Source: Eledone cirrhosa
Lineage: Eukaryota
Reading direction: 5' to 3'
Length of the DNA stretch: 64,000 bases
Assembly: GCA_964016885.1 (NCBI GenBank)
Contig: OZ024742.1
Location: forward strand, 233,678,001 to 233,742,000
Positions 24,744-38,021 of the stretch are shown one piece after another. Position 1 is the stretch's first letter. Every line of letters begins with the position of its first letter. The position numbers and the translations under genes are program-made. Below the pieces are notes generated by a model. It worked only from the letters and a program-made list of their open reading frames with translations, did not search any database and was not told the origin of the DNA.

Positions 24744-25807
24744 ACTTGACAATGATTTAGCTCTCAATCAGTTAAAAATAAATAAAGAATTCTATTTGTT
24801 CAAGTATTCAAGTTAAGTTGTATTCAAATGCTTCCACCAACCCTCACTATTTACCCTTAATAAAATGAATATTTAAACTCTTAGTTAAACTCATTTTTCC
24901 CTTGTTTAATTTGTATTTCCCATCCTTTTTTTCAATAAACATTTTGTTCCATTTTATAATTTTATGCACTACTCATCCTTTAACATCTGATTTCCACGGT
25001 GGTATGGGTTGGAAGGGTCTTTGCGATCTAAATCGGTTCTTATTCGTAGTTACAGCCCTCCTAGATATGTTGAAAAACCACGTCTCACTCACACATCCTA
25101 TTTAGGGCATCGTTTCTATGACTTGATGTCCTTCATAACATGAACCACTTTACAGAATATTCTGGGTGCATTTTATCGAAAATATTATTGATTAGTTCCA
25201 CATCTACATATATTGGTGAAAACCGTTCCAGTTGTGTCCATTTCATCTAGAACTACTTTGTTTAATGAGTTCTTCCTGTTTTTACTCTTTCCTGGCCATA
25301 TATGTAATGAGTAGAGACCCTACTTGTGCATTTCAACTAGTTTACAATTTAATCAAGATTTTGTAAACATCTGTAACTTCATATATTGTTGTACATATAT
25401 TGTGTTCGTAGAAGAAAGCTGCATTAAAAGAAGACTTGGGCTGAGGTTATGAGAGCTAATCTGAAATCTCTGAAACTCACAAAAGCGATGATGAATGACT
25501 GCAGCATGCAGAGGGATGCTGTGCTGGAAAAGACCCGTCCAACCATGCAAACGTGAAAAACAGGCGTAAAATGATGATATGTTGGTGTTGACGAACTGAA
25601 ATTTCACATTATTATTGATGTTGTAATGAGACTTTGATTAATATTTTTTAATTTAATTCTGAATAGTATAGGCTATCGTAGACGAATGCAATATTTAGCT
25701 GCTATTTCTAGTATCTCCAGTAACAACAAAAAGTCTCGATCATTGACAGTACAGAGATAGTTTGAATTGCTAGTATCAAAACTAATATAAAGCAACAGCA
25801 ACAATAC

Positions 25808-26065
25808 CTTGTTAAGAAAATTACCAGCCTGGAGCACAATACGAAGGAACTTCTTCAGTGCAGTGTTATTTGTGAGTTTCGTACAAATTTGAAGAAGCAG
25901 CTGTATATTTGGACGGATCAAAGTTAACTGAGAACTGAAATCCCCAACCAAAAGCATAGCTTCGATACGACATCGAAAATCAGGAAGTTGTATCAGCAGT
26001 CGGAAGAATTTCTCAGCATTTCCAAGTTTGTCAACATTGCCATCAAAATTTGAAATCAAATCAAT
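25808..26065 (-). CDS. INF2: INF2-like formin, FH2 exon
   Basis: IDLISNFDGNVDKLGNAEKFF...RIEAMLL...VLQAGNFLNK|gtattg; GNxMN-type motif; 86 codons. Confidence 0.95.
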
Positions 26066-26712
26066 CTGTAAGAGAAAGGAATGCCTGTTACAAAAACAAC
26101 GAAACTAAAATATAATTGTTTCTACTTTTGGCACAGTGTTTTACTGGTGCTTTATTTTATCGACCCCGTAAGGATGAAAGGCAAAGTTAACCTCGGCGGG
26201 ATCTGAACTCAGATCATAAAGGGCCGTAACTCTTTTCTGCAAAGCATAGCGTCTGACCCTCTACCGATACTACCAATCCACCAACCAAACTAAAATATAA
26301 TGCAGAAGGTTTTAGTTGAACTATAATTGCAATATCTAAACAGAAAAGATTTATTGAAATAAAAAAAAGTGTGATTAGGTTTCAATGAATTTATGAATTA
26401 TCTAGTTAGATACTCTTCTACGAAGTCATTCTCTATTCACTGTCCTTACATTTTCTTCTATGAATATAATACCAATTGGTCTCGAAATCTGCACTTGGCG
26501 CTCGAAATCTTCACTGAACAGTTGTGTACACATTCTAACATTGTGATTATAAACTATTCTTTTGCTGGAGCAACGCCTTAATTTAGTCGATCATATCGAC
26601 CCCAGTCCGATACTTATTTTATCGATCCCTTTTTATCGAACTGCTAAATTATATGACATAAGTAAAGACACACAAAAAGCGAAAACACTGACATGGACGG
26701 ACCTACACACAG

Positions 26713-26757
<45 letters not shown>

Positions 26758-26936
26758 TATATATTTATATATATATACACACACACACATGCATATATAT
26801 ATATGTATGTATATATACACACACACATACATACACATATATATATATGTATACACATACATATTATTTATATATATATATATATATATATACACATACA
26901 TATTTATATATATATATATATATATACACATACATA

Positions 26937-26975
<39 letters not shown>

Positions 26976-27224
26976 GTATAGGATTATCCAAGGTATAGGA
27001 TTATCCAAGATGTAGTGATGGTTAATTACTACACTGGATATGGTTGACGTACATTTACCATTCTGCTCTGAGGAAACAGTGGTCACAGCATTGGATATTC
27101 GAGTTCTGCAAATACTTGTGAATTTGCACGTAGCGGAACTAGGCTGCAGCACCATCGTGGAAACACTTGTAAGCACACGGAATAAACTACCTTTTTATGA
27201 TGTCTACCTGTTATTATTCATTCT

Positions 27225-27318
<94 letters not shown>

Positions 27319-27827
27319 GCAAAGGGCGGAAGAACTGATAAGACTCAACGGCCATCCCAAAATGTGTAAATAAGTATATACACATGTACATGTGTATGTG
27401 TATGTATATACGTGTGTATATGCCTGTGGTGTCAGGGGAAGGGGGGGGGGGGGCATGTACCTCTGTAGGGGAGCTAGCCATGCCCTTTTCAGGGCAGCTT
27501 GTCCTGCATTGGGTCCCACCTGACACTCAGCTCTCACCTGTGGCCCCAAGAAGCTGTAGCATGCGACAGCGGCCATACCGTGGTAAACCGCCTTGGCTTG
27601 CGGGCCGAACCAGGTTGAGGGTAGCCGGACGGGTCTGAACGTGAAAGGAGGAGAAAGGCGTCAACAGCTGCCCCAAGCGACTCCAGTCTCTTCCCCTGCC
27701 CTCACTGTCCCCGGACCTGCAAGTCAAGGATCGGCCTCCACCGCCACCTTCGTGCCCACAGCAGACGGGAATAAAATAAAGAAGATGTCATCATCATTCA
27801 CGATGGACAACCAAGAAAGACACACAT

Positions 27828-27874
<47 letters not shown>

Positions 27875-27876
<2 letters not shown>

Positions 27877-28146
27877 TTCTTTTTTCGACAAAGGAAGGGA
27901 GAGAAGCTGACAGATTCTGTTTCACACTGTTGGTGTTCCTCAGAGCAACGTACTCAATGCCTCTGCCGAAAATTATAGAGGCTGGATTCTTATAGAATTC
28001 CAGTAATAATCAGGAGCTGATTATACAGAGTGATTGCCGGTCCAGCAAAAATTAAAAATTAGGATTGGTGCTCTGAAATAGCGATGTTCAACAGTGTGAA
28101 ACAGAATCTGTCAGCTTCTCTCCCTTCCTTTGCCGAAAAAAGAAGT
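27875..28146. mobile_element. Fold-back/MITE-like element with 58-bp TIRs
   Basis: 27875-27932 is the reverse complement of 28089-28146 (one mismatch seen); internal hairpins. Confidence 0.75.
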
Positions 28147-29671
28147 AAGGGACATAGGCACTACTTTAAAATGATAGCGCAAGGTCTTCAAAAAGTGTTT
28201 AATTAAACATACGGTATATTGCCAAATATACTATACATACATTTATATATATATATATATGACGAGCCCCTACAGTTTCTGTTTACTAAATTCCACTCAC
28301 AAGGCATTGGTCAACCCAAGGCTACAGTAGAAGTCAGTTGTCTGTAGTGTCACACGACAGGGCCAAACCCAAAACTACATGGGTGTGAAGTAAACTACTT
28401 AAACGTACATCCATGCTTGGGCTTATAATATTGGATGAAATAGAAAAAATAAGGGAAATTGTCTGTCTCAAGTAAACAATGCAGGACACAAGTAGATATT
28501 TATGCATCATATGAACGATAGTATGATAATGTTGAAGGCAGAAAATTGGTGAAATCATTAGAACGTCAGCTAGAATGCTTTGCAGCATGCATGCCATCTC
28601 TCTGCCTTTTGAGTTCAAATCCTGCTGAGGTTAACTTCGCCTTTTGGAGTCAATAAATACAGTACCAGTCCAATACTAGTGTCCATTCTTTCTACACATA
28701 TCTCACTTTCTGACACTCTCTCTTTCTCTGAAAGAAATTGACTGTGTTTTGACCTGGAGACTGATGGGCTCCACCAGGTTTTAAATTCCCAAGACATGGC
28801 ATATGTCATGATGGTGCTCCTACAATTCCATCAGGAGATAAGGGCCAAAATGAAATTAATAATAATATTGAAAGGTAATTCAGAAACAGTTATATTGGTT
28901 CATATGTTCAAGATTCAAACCTGGTCAAACCATTAAGCAAAGTTTATGACTTTATATACTTTAATTCTTCTAAGCTGGACTAAAGCTATGGCTGTTGTAT
29001 CATGTTTAGAATAGTAACCCAGTCACAAAACACTTGCTCTTATCATTTAGATAAATGTATGGATTTTGAAACTAATACATCGGAATTTCTTTTAATCTTA
29101 AACACAAGTGTTTAAGGCAGAGATTAGCTTTTCAGACTCGATGGTTTTCATACTTATCATGAGGTTCATTTGGGAGCTCTTCCTAGCACAAGTTCTTTTT
29201 ATTATTACTTACAGCGTACAGAGATATGATGATGATGGTGATCATCATCATTTTACGTCCACTTTTCCCTGCTTGCAAGGGTGGGATGGGAACTGATTCT
29301 GGCTTGATTTCTACAGCTGGATGCAACCTCATTTTTACAGTGAGTGCTGGGTGCTTTTTTTCCGTGGCACCTACACGTCCACTTTACAGTGTGGGCTGGG
29401 TGCTTTTTTGTCGTGGCACCTCCACGACCACTTTGCAGTGGAATGATAGGGACCCCAGTCCTATCTATCATCTCATTTCTACAGCTGAGTAAACTGGAGT
29501 AATGTGAAATAAAGTGTCTTGCCAAGGAAACAACACATCACCCGGTCTGAGAATTGAACTCACAACCTTTCGATTGCAAGCCCAATGCTCTAACCACTAA
29601 ACCAGATACAACTTTCAAAATCACATATAAAATAGTAAACCAAGTCACCTTCACTAGTTATAAATCCTTAC

Positions 29672-29836
29672 CTCATCCTGTTGGGGAAGCAGCTTAATTA
29701 AACCTTTCAACTTTTCCACACCAAAGGTCCTTGTATCAGCTTTACTAATTAGTTTCACAATGTCCTCATTACTCCGTCGAAATTGCTTCAGAAAGATATT
29801 TAAGTTCATACTCTTTTTAGGGTCAATTAGAGTTAT
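29672..29836 (-). CDS. INF2: INF2-like formin, FH2 exon
   Basis: ITLIDPKKSMNLNIFLKQFRRSNEDIV...LLPQQDE|gtaagg; INF-family NLNIFLKQF motif; 55 codons. Confidence 0.95.
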
Positions 29837-32261
29837 CTGTAAAACATTAAATTTAAATATAATGAATAACAAAAATGTATGTGGACAATGCTTGGTGGTT
29901 TCTGTATCTAGAAAGTTGTACATATTTAAAAATAATAATTTTTTTAAAAAAGGGAGCAAACATTTGGAAATATGTATTGCAGTAGTATTGGGGCCAAAAT
30001 AAAATGTAGCCAGCACAGTCTGTAAAGTGTTTAGCACTAGGAAGGGCATCCAGCCTTAGAAACTATGCCAAATATGGAATTTGTGAGCAAGATATTGTCT
30101 TCTCTCTCACCTAGTCTCAAACCAAGAGAACCTGTCCAACCCATACCAACATGAAAAACAGGCATATGATGATGGTGATAATTAAAATAACGATGGCGAT
30201 ATCAGAAAATGGAAAAGTGCAAGAGATGGGTTAAGTTCATAGCAAAGCAATATATCTTCTAAAGCATTTAATATATTTAGAGTATATATGTGGAAAACAT
30301 TTTTTAAAGCATGTGATTATAATAGTAATCACAAAATGTTTTCTATTTGTGATATGGACAATGATAGAAAGAAATAAACACTTAAAATATTAGGACATGA
30401 CTGAACAAACCTGGTTTCTGGATTGTGGAATTATTCCTACCAACCAATGAGAGAGCCTCTACATCATTGCTTGACATGCTAGAAAGAGTGGTCAAATATC
30501 CCTCAAATCACATCCCATCTTAAAAGTGAAGGACATGTTGAATAACATAGTCCTAGATCACACCCTACTGTCTTAATAAAAAGAAGGACACATTGGATAA
30601 TGTGGTCCTAAATAAAAGATATGATGGTCACAGCTGGAAGGATTTTAAGCATAGGCTTTAGCTGAGTCAAGACAACCACAGAAAGTAAAAACAAAAACAT
30701 GCCTTCATGAGTTAGTATCAAGAAATAACTAGATTATAGGTTACATATGAAAAAAATCATTAAAGTTAAGGTAACTTTTATTTAAATTTCTCAAAAAATA
30801 CATCCAGTACATCCTGTAAGGTGGTTGGTTATAGGTAGGACATCAAGCTATAGAAACCATGTGCTGAATGGTTTGGGAGGACTCTTCAGTAGTGTCAAAA
30901 GCATGATAACCTCTCTAGTGTTAGTGAACTACATGATAAATACACCCAGTACATTCTGTAAAGTGACTGATGATAGCAAGGATATCCAGCTGTAGAATAC
31001 ATCTAAAGAACAAGGAGGTCTCTTCAGTTGTGTCAAAAATGATAACTTCTCTTTTTGGAGAGCACAAACAAATGCAGAAGCAAAATTCAATGCCTCCAGC
31101 CTGTCTGAGAGGTCAGTAGCTATGATTAAGTATTGACTTAATCTGTGATGTCATGTCCAACCCTTGCTAGCGGAGAAAACAGGCATTAAATGATGATGAA
31201 TATAATGATTCTATTATTTTTATTTTTATAAATATACTTCAAAATTTCCAGTGATATCTTATTAAAATTTCTAAATATATAAGCATTTGTCCTTAACTGA
31301 AATACATCTGTAGCCAGAAACAGTTCTATATGAGCAAGATACAGTCATCTGACCCAACTTGCTTCTAATGGAACAACCCGTCTAACCCATGCCAGCATGG
31401 AAAATAGACATTAAACGATGATGATGATAATGATGATAACATGGTAACACACCAATAACAATATTATTTAAAAAATTAAAATTTTGACACAATGATTTAA
31501 ACAAGGTTTGTCATCACTAGTGTAGACCCACTGTAATTATAAATACATATGACTAGCAAATAAGGCTTATTACCCTCTTGTCCAAACCCTATCATTTTCA
31601 TTCCATTAAGGTAAAACTCAGTTCAATATTTTTCTTAGTGTAGTTCAATTGATAGATAAATAACACTTCCTCGTAATGATTGAATGACTATCGGCAATTT
31701 TAAATCCACTTATTCCAAGAATTCTTGCAAATAGAATTTAGAAAAAGTTCAAACCTATTCTAGCATTAACACTTTTGATACCAAACCACCAGAAATTGCC
31801 TCTCATTCACTGATGCTAATTCATTTTAATGTGTTTATATTTATTTAAAAACTTTCCATCACATTTTTATCTAAGAACCTTTGTTAAGTTATTCTCCAAG
31901 CACCAACTTAATACTTGTTTCTAATTTTTGGTACAGGGCCAATAAGTTGGTGGGAGGGGAAAGTCAATTAAACCAACCCCAGTACTTGACTCGTACTTTA
32001 TTTCATCAACCCCCAAAAAGATGAAAGACAAAGTTGACCACTGTGAGATTTTAACTCAGAATATAAAGAGCTGAACCATATACTGCTCCACATTTATCCT
32101 ACACACTAATACCAAACCACTGCTGTGCCCCAATTTAATAATAAGAATGTTAGTTGTATTACGGACCATCCAAATTCTTGACTATTTTCGAAATGATTGG
32201 AAATTAAAAATATGGTAATAAAAGGGTTAAAAAAGATGCAAATCTATAAAATAGCATTTAC

Positions 32262-32407
32262 CTCTGATGTGACACTAGTGCGTATAGGACTTTTCTCCTT
32301 TTGTTGCGATATACTTGACTCCTTTTGAGCAAATAATTCTTGTAGATGCTGGTATTCCATATTTACTGGTTCATTAAGATTTAACACATCATTCCATACA
32401 CTCACAT
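32262..32407 (-). CDS. INF2: INF2-like formin, FH2 exon
   Basis: ttcacag|DVSVWNDVLNLNEPVNMEYQHLQELFAQKE...VTSE|gtaaat; phase 1->0. Confidence 0.9.
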
Positions 32408-32672
32408 CTGTGAATAACAAAGCAGGTAAAGAAAAGTGATTATTGCTAAAAGAGACTATATATTCACCACCACAGAAAACTCACATATATTCAAATTGCT
32501 CACAGAATAAATGAAAAAACATCTTTTAATATTTAATACCTAATATTTGATAAGATTGTTATACCAATTGAAACTGGATATATTTAATGCAACAATTATA
32601 AAATTATTCATTCTGCTGTATGAAAGAAGAAATAATTTTAAAATATACTTCTGTGCATTTTCACCTACTTTT

Positions 32673-32722
<50 letters not shown>

Positions 32723-32779
32723 ATCATCACAGTTTAACATCTATTTTTCCATGCTTGCATAGGTTAGACAGGTCATCCA

Positions 32780-33590
32780 CGTCATGAGATAAGTCTGGTC
32801 GGCTGGCCATGCCGTACCTTGCTCAGAAGGAACTGTATTTTAGCTGAGATTTTTACAGCTGGATGCCCTTCCTAACACCAACTACATTTACAGTGTGGAA
32901 CTGGGTGGCACCATTGTGAGAAAGGTCTGGCCAATTGGCCGCGTCGTACCTTGCTCAAACAGAAATGTATTTTGGCTGGGATTTTTACAGCTGGATGCCC
33001 TTTCCAACACCAACCACATTTATAGTGTGGAACTGGATGGTCTTGTTATGAGACAAGTCTGACCAGGAGGTCACACTTTACTTTGCACAAGTTGGGAATG
33101 TGTGTTGGCTGGGTTTTTATGGCTGCTGGATGCCCTTCCTAGTACAAAACACATTTACAGTGTGGAACTGGGTGGCACTGTTATGAGAGGGTCTTGCCAG
33201 TTGGTTGCGCTGTTTACAGCTCACATTGGAACTGTAATTTGGGAGCTAGGTGGTCCCATTATGAGGGAGGTCAGGCCAGTTGGCCATGCCATGCCTCACT
33301 CAAAGTGGAGCCATGTTACTGGGTGATCCTGTTATGAGACAAGTCAGGTCAGATGGTCACGCCATACCTTGCACATATCAGGATTGTGTGTTGGCTGGGT
33401 TTTTACAGCTGCTGGATGCCCTGCCTAACATAAACCACATTTACAGTGTGGAGCTGGGTGGCACCATTATGGGGAGAGTTTGGCCAGTTGGCTGCACTGT
33501 ACCCTGCTCAAAGTGGAACTGCATTTTGGAATCTTGGTGGTCCCATTTATGAGGGAAGTCTGGCCAGTTGACCACACCATGCCTTGCTCA
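32780..33590. repeat. Diverged tandem array derived from an RTE-tail repeat
   Basis: Recurrent ttttacagctggatgcccttcctaacaccaaccacatttacagtgtggaactgggtggcaccattgtgag; ~125-bp units with ~60-bp subunits. Confidence 0.8.
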
Positions 33591-34054
33591 TACTCTAATT
33601 ATTGAACTCTAGTTTCCACATCCCACTAATATACTCATGTCTCATCTTCAGTTCTCATGATATTCAGGAGCTCAGGATCAGGTAAAAATAAAATACAAGT
33701 TGTACAGCAGTTCATATCTATACATATAAGAGCAACAATGAAATCAACTTTTTTCAATCCAAGGAAGGTTCCATAGAAGTAATTGATAGCTTTTGTTAGA
33801 TAGGTGAACTAATTAGCAGTGGAGAAGGTTGTTCTGAAAGCATAGTAGATAGAATAAGAACAAGATGAAAAGATTTCATGAAGCTATGACCACTGTTAAA
33901 AACAAAGGGATTTTGTCTCCTTAGTAAATAAGTTGTATGATGCCTGCATGTGAAGAGCAATGCTGCACAGTAGTAAGCCATGGGCTGTGAATGCAGAGGA
34001 TATATGAAGACCAGACAGAAATGAACTGAGCATGCTCCATGAATTTATTATGAG

Positions 34055-34682
34055 AAGATGAAAGGGGTTCAAATGATGTCTATATGATAAGATGGAAGGG
34101 GTTCAAGGTATGTCTATATGATAAGATGAATGGAGTTCAAGGTATATCTATATAAGATGAAAGGAGTTCAAGGTAAGTCTATATGATAAGATGAAAGAGG
34201 TTCAAGCTATGTCTGTATAAGATGTATGGAGTTCAAGTTATGTCCACATAAGATGAAGGGGGTTCAATTATGTCTATATGATAAGATGACAGAGGTTCAA
34301 GTTATGTCTATATGATAAGATAAAAGAGGTTCAAGTTATGTCTATATAAGATAAAAGCGGTTCAAGTTATGTCTATATAAGATGAAAGGGGTTCAAGTTA
34401 TGTCTATATAAGATGAAATGGGTTCAAGGTATGTCTATCTGATAAGATGAAAGGGGTTCAAGTTATGTCTATATAAGATGAAAGGGGTTCAAATTATGTC
34501 TATATAAGATGAAATGGGTTCAAGGTATGTCTATCTGATAAGATGAAAGGGGTTCAAGGTATGTCTATCTGATAAGATGAAATGGGTTCAAGGTATGTCT
34601 ATCTGATAAGATGAAATGGGTTCAAGGTATGTCTATCTGATAAGATGAAATGGGTTCAAGGTATGTCTATCTAAGATGAAAA
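34055..34682. repeat. Minisatellite, ~19 units of 31/34 bp
   Basis: ataagatgaaaggggttcaagttatgtctat(atg/ctg) repeated in tandem. Confidence 0.95.
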
Positions 34683-34688
34683 GTTTAC

Positions 34689-35184
34689 CTGAAATATTCC
34701 TTGGTATGACTTTATTCCAAGAAAATTGTCGCACTTTACACTCTGGCTCAGGAATTGATATTTCAGGGAAAATTTTTTGTGGAGAACGAAGGATAGACTG
34801 TCCTGGGTTAAAAGGCATTGAAGGTGGTGCTGGAGGAGCAGCTGTTGAAATTGTAATCTCAGGTGTGATAGCATTACCCTTGGGTAAGCCCAGTGGTGGT
34901 GGCGGTGGTATTGCTGCTGAACCCATAGCCCCTTTCATTGTTGGTAGAGGTGGTGGTGGTGGTGGTGCTGCTGGTACTGATGGTGTTGCTGGTAACATTG
35001 ATGATGGTAGAGGTGGTGGTGGTGGTACTGATGGTGTTGCTGGTAACATTGATGATGGTAGAGGTGGTGGTGGTGGTGGTACTGCTGGTACTGATGGTGT
35101 TGCTGGTAACATTGATGATGGTAGAGGTGGTGGTGGTGGTGGTACAGCTGGTGAACCCACAACCCCTTTCATTGTAGGCAGAGG

Positions 35185-35215
<31 letters not shown>

Positions 35216-35638
35216 GGTGGTGGTGCTGCTGATTGTGTTACTGGTAACATTGATGAAGGTAATGGTGGTGGTGGTGGTACAGCTGGTGAACCTACAGCCC
35301 CTGTCATTGTAGGCAGAGGTGGGGGTGGGGGTGGCATTGCTGGTCGGTCTTTATTCCCTTTTATCAAAGGAGATTTACTCAGATTTATACTCAGTGTAGA
35401 TATATGCTCAGTTTTATCACTGATTTGATCATCTCTCACCTGAGTTGTGGAGTTTTCACACGGTTCAGTTTGTATAGCTTTTTCTTCTGATGGGGCTGAC
35501 ATTGCAGACATAAATGAGGAAGCATTTGTTACTATGGAAACTGAACTAGAACGGCGACTTGAACAGAAGCTGTTGGAACCAGAGCTCTCTGAAGATATAA
35601 AACGTACTTCTCTTTCCAACATATTCCAAATGATTTCA
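34689..35638 (-). CDS. INF2: INF2-like formin, FH1 polyproline exon and FH2 start
   Basis: cttctag|SEIIWNMLEREV..., about 8 polyproline tracts, then KVRQFSWNKV (FH2 lasso Trp)|gtaaac; 950 nt, phase 2->1. Confidence 0.95.
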
Positions 35639-35750
35639 CTAGAAGAAAAAAATATAATAATAATAATAGCAGTTAACTAGAAAAGTGAATTTAAACGCAG
35701 CTCCAGCTTCTGAGTTCATGGGTTGATATCAATGAGTAGTTGTAAAAGTG

Positions 35751-36072
35751 AAGGCATGTGGCCTTGTGGATAGGGAATCCAGCTCATGATCATAAGATAG
35801 TGAGTTTGATTCCCAGTAATGTGCTGTGTTCTTGAGCAAGACACTTTATTTCATATCGCTCCAGTTCACTCAGCTGGCAAAAATGAGTTGTACTTGTAAT
35901 TCAAAGGACCCGCCTTGTCACATTCTGTGTCACGCTGAATCTCCCTGAGAACTACATTAAGGGTATGCATGTTTGTGGAATGCTCAGCCACTTGCACGTT
36001 AATTTCACAAGCAGGCTGTTCCATTGATCGGATCAACTGGAACACTTGTCGTCGTAACCGACGGAGTGCCTT
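35751..36072 (+). mobile_element. tRNA-derived SINE (family B)
   Basis: Head tggccttgtggatagg...gagtttgattccc; core gtgttcttgagcaagacacttta. Confidence 0.75.
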
Positions 36073-36339
36073 CCAGTTGTAAAACCTCTACATTACCATT
36101 CCATCCAACAACAAAACAAGACAACAGAATAAGACAATAAGGAAACATCTCCATAACTGCTTGCTCTCCCTGAAATAACAGCCTAATCCTCCCTAAAACT
36201 ACATCCTACTTATATAAAATTAAAGGGCACATTAGATAATATAGTTCTAGATACACTATGCTTGAACAAAACAAGATAGCCACAGCTGGAATATTTTCAC
36301 TAGGGCTGAAACAGTTCAGTTTGCATCATTCTACCAATG

Positions 36340-36960
36340 TTAGCTCTAAAAGGGGATCAAGTAGGATTTGTAGGAAGATATTTTAACAAATCAGCCACTT
36401 CAAGGGAGTTTTTCCATGACTGAAATACGTTTATTTCACTAATGCTCTTACTACCAACTATTCCTGTACATCTACAACCTAAAAATTCTACCTTTTCTAT
36501 TAGTTTGCCTCCTATCCCACTATACTTCTCATGTACCCAAGATTTACATTGTGTACATCGTATAGAATTTCTACATATCAACCATGACCACTTCCCCAGT
36601 GAAATCAGGGACCTGTCTTCTTTCCTACTTACAAATACTTTAGTTTTTACCAAGTTTACTCTAAATCTATTTGATTCTATTCTGTTTCCACAGCCAAAAT
36701 TTCTTTCCTAGCTCTTCCTAAATTCATCTATAAGAAATAGGTCCTCAACATACACAAATTCTCATGGACAACCAGTCTTAAACTCCTCTATTATGACCTT
36801 GAGATCAATAATAAACAGAAGTGAGCTGAGAACTGAACTCTGAAGAACACATTGAATTCCTCTTTAGACTCCTCACCCATTCTCACTTTACTAACTGCTC
36901 CTCTGTACATGGCTTGTACTGCTCTCATGTGCCACTTTTCTACACCTAATTTCCTTAACC
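36340..36960 (-). mobile_element. RTE LINE fragment
   Basis: Degenerate RT C-terminus plus NSIRCTQCKSWVHEKYSG zinc motif. Confidence 0.65.
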
Positions 36961-38021
36961 CTTTAGCATTTACATTACTCTATATATACTATTGTATTTT
37001 TGTGGTAAAATTTTTACCTCACATAATTATCTAATATAATTATTTCTACTTTAGGCACAAGGCCAGTAATTCATCAGTGCATTACTGGTACTTTATTTTA
37101 TCGACCCCGTAAGGATGAAAGGCAAAGTCAACCTCGGCGGGATTTGAACTCAGATCGTAAAGGGACATAACTATGCGGGAAAGCATGGCGTCCGACCCTC
37201 TACCAATACTGCCAATCCACCATCGAATATATAAGATTTTGAAATTATTTATTTTGAGGATAATACCTCAACATCAGTATGAATGGCTAGTTACTGCCAG
37301 TTTGAACAGGCAAAGCCAAGAGAATTCTGGCCAGATACGGCTAGTTTAAATGCTAACGGGTTAAGGCCCACCAGATGACAGATTCTAGTAATCTGTCAAA
37401 AACCTTCTCCAGACTAACATAAGCTAGATATAATAGAAAATAGACATTAAATCGTGATGATGATGTGTACAAAAAATTGTGACAATAAATACTAATGTAC
37501 ATAAAACATTCAAACATGAGCACTTAATACATGTAAGCAGAATGTATGTATGTAATGTATGTATGTATGTGGAGGGAAGGTACACTTAGAAACGACCCAA
37601 AGAAATTATGAAAGGTTAAAAAGAGATGTGAAGAAGGGCGAAAAAGTCACATCCATGCTATACACATGCAGAAGCATGTTTGAAACTTTCAAGCAATATG
37701 TAAACTCAAGTGTGAGGTAGCTGCAATCATCTAGTATGTATGTGTGTATATATGTATGCATGCATGCATGTATGTATCTATGTATGGAGAAGGAAAACTC
37801 CAATGTAAAATCTGAGGTTCATGAAGTATTCATTCTTGTCATACTATTTGACACATTGAATAGCAACTTCATGTTCCAAAAAGTGGAGGTAGGGCTGTGC
37901 AAGCTACATCTACTTTAAAAATAATATTTGCACAGATACTTCTTATACACTTTCCTCATTATTTAAGATCATAATGAGGAGTTGGCAGTAACCTAAAAAT
38001 GCATTCATAATTCTAATTGAA

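Noticed and set aside
34055-34682. CRISPR-like regular repeat
   Set aside because: No unique spacers; eukaryotic minisatellite
34676-35428. Gly-rich, His/Gln-rich and Val-rich ORFs
   Set aside because: Antisense or alternative frames of the FH1 polyproline exon
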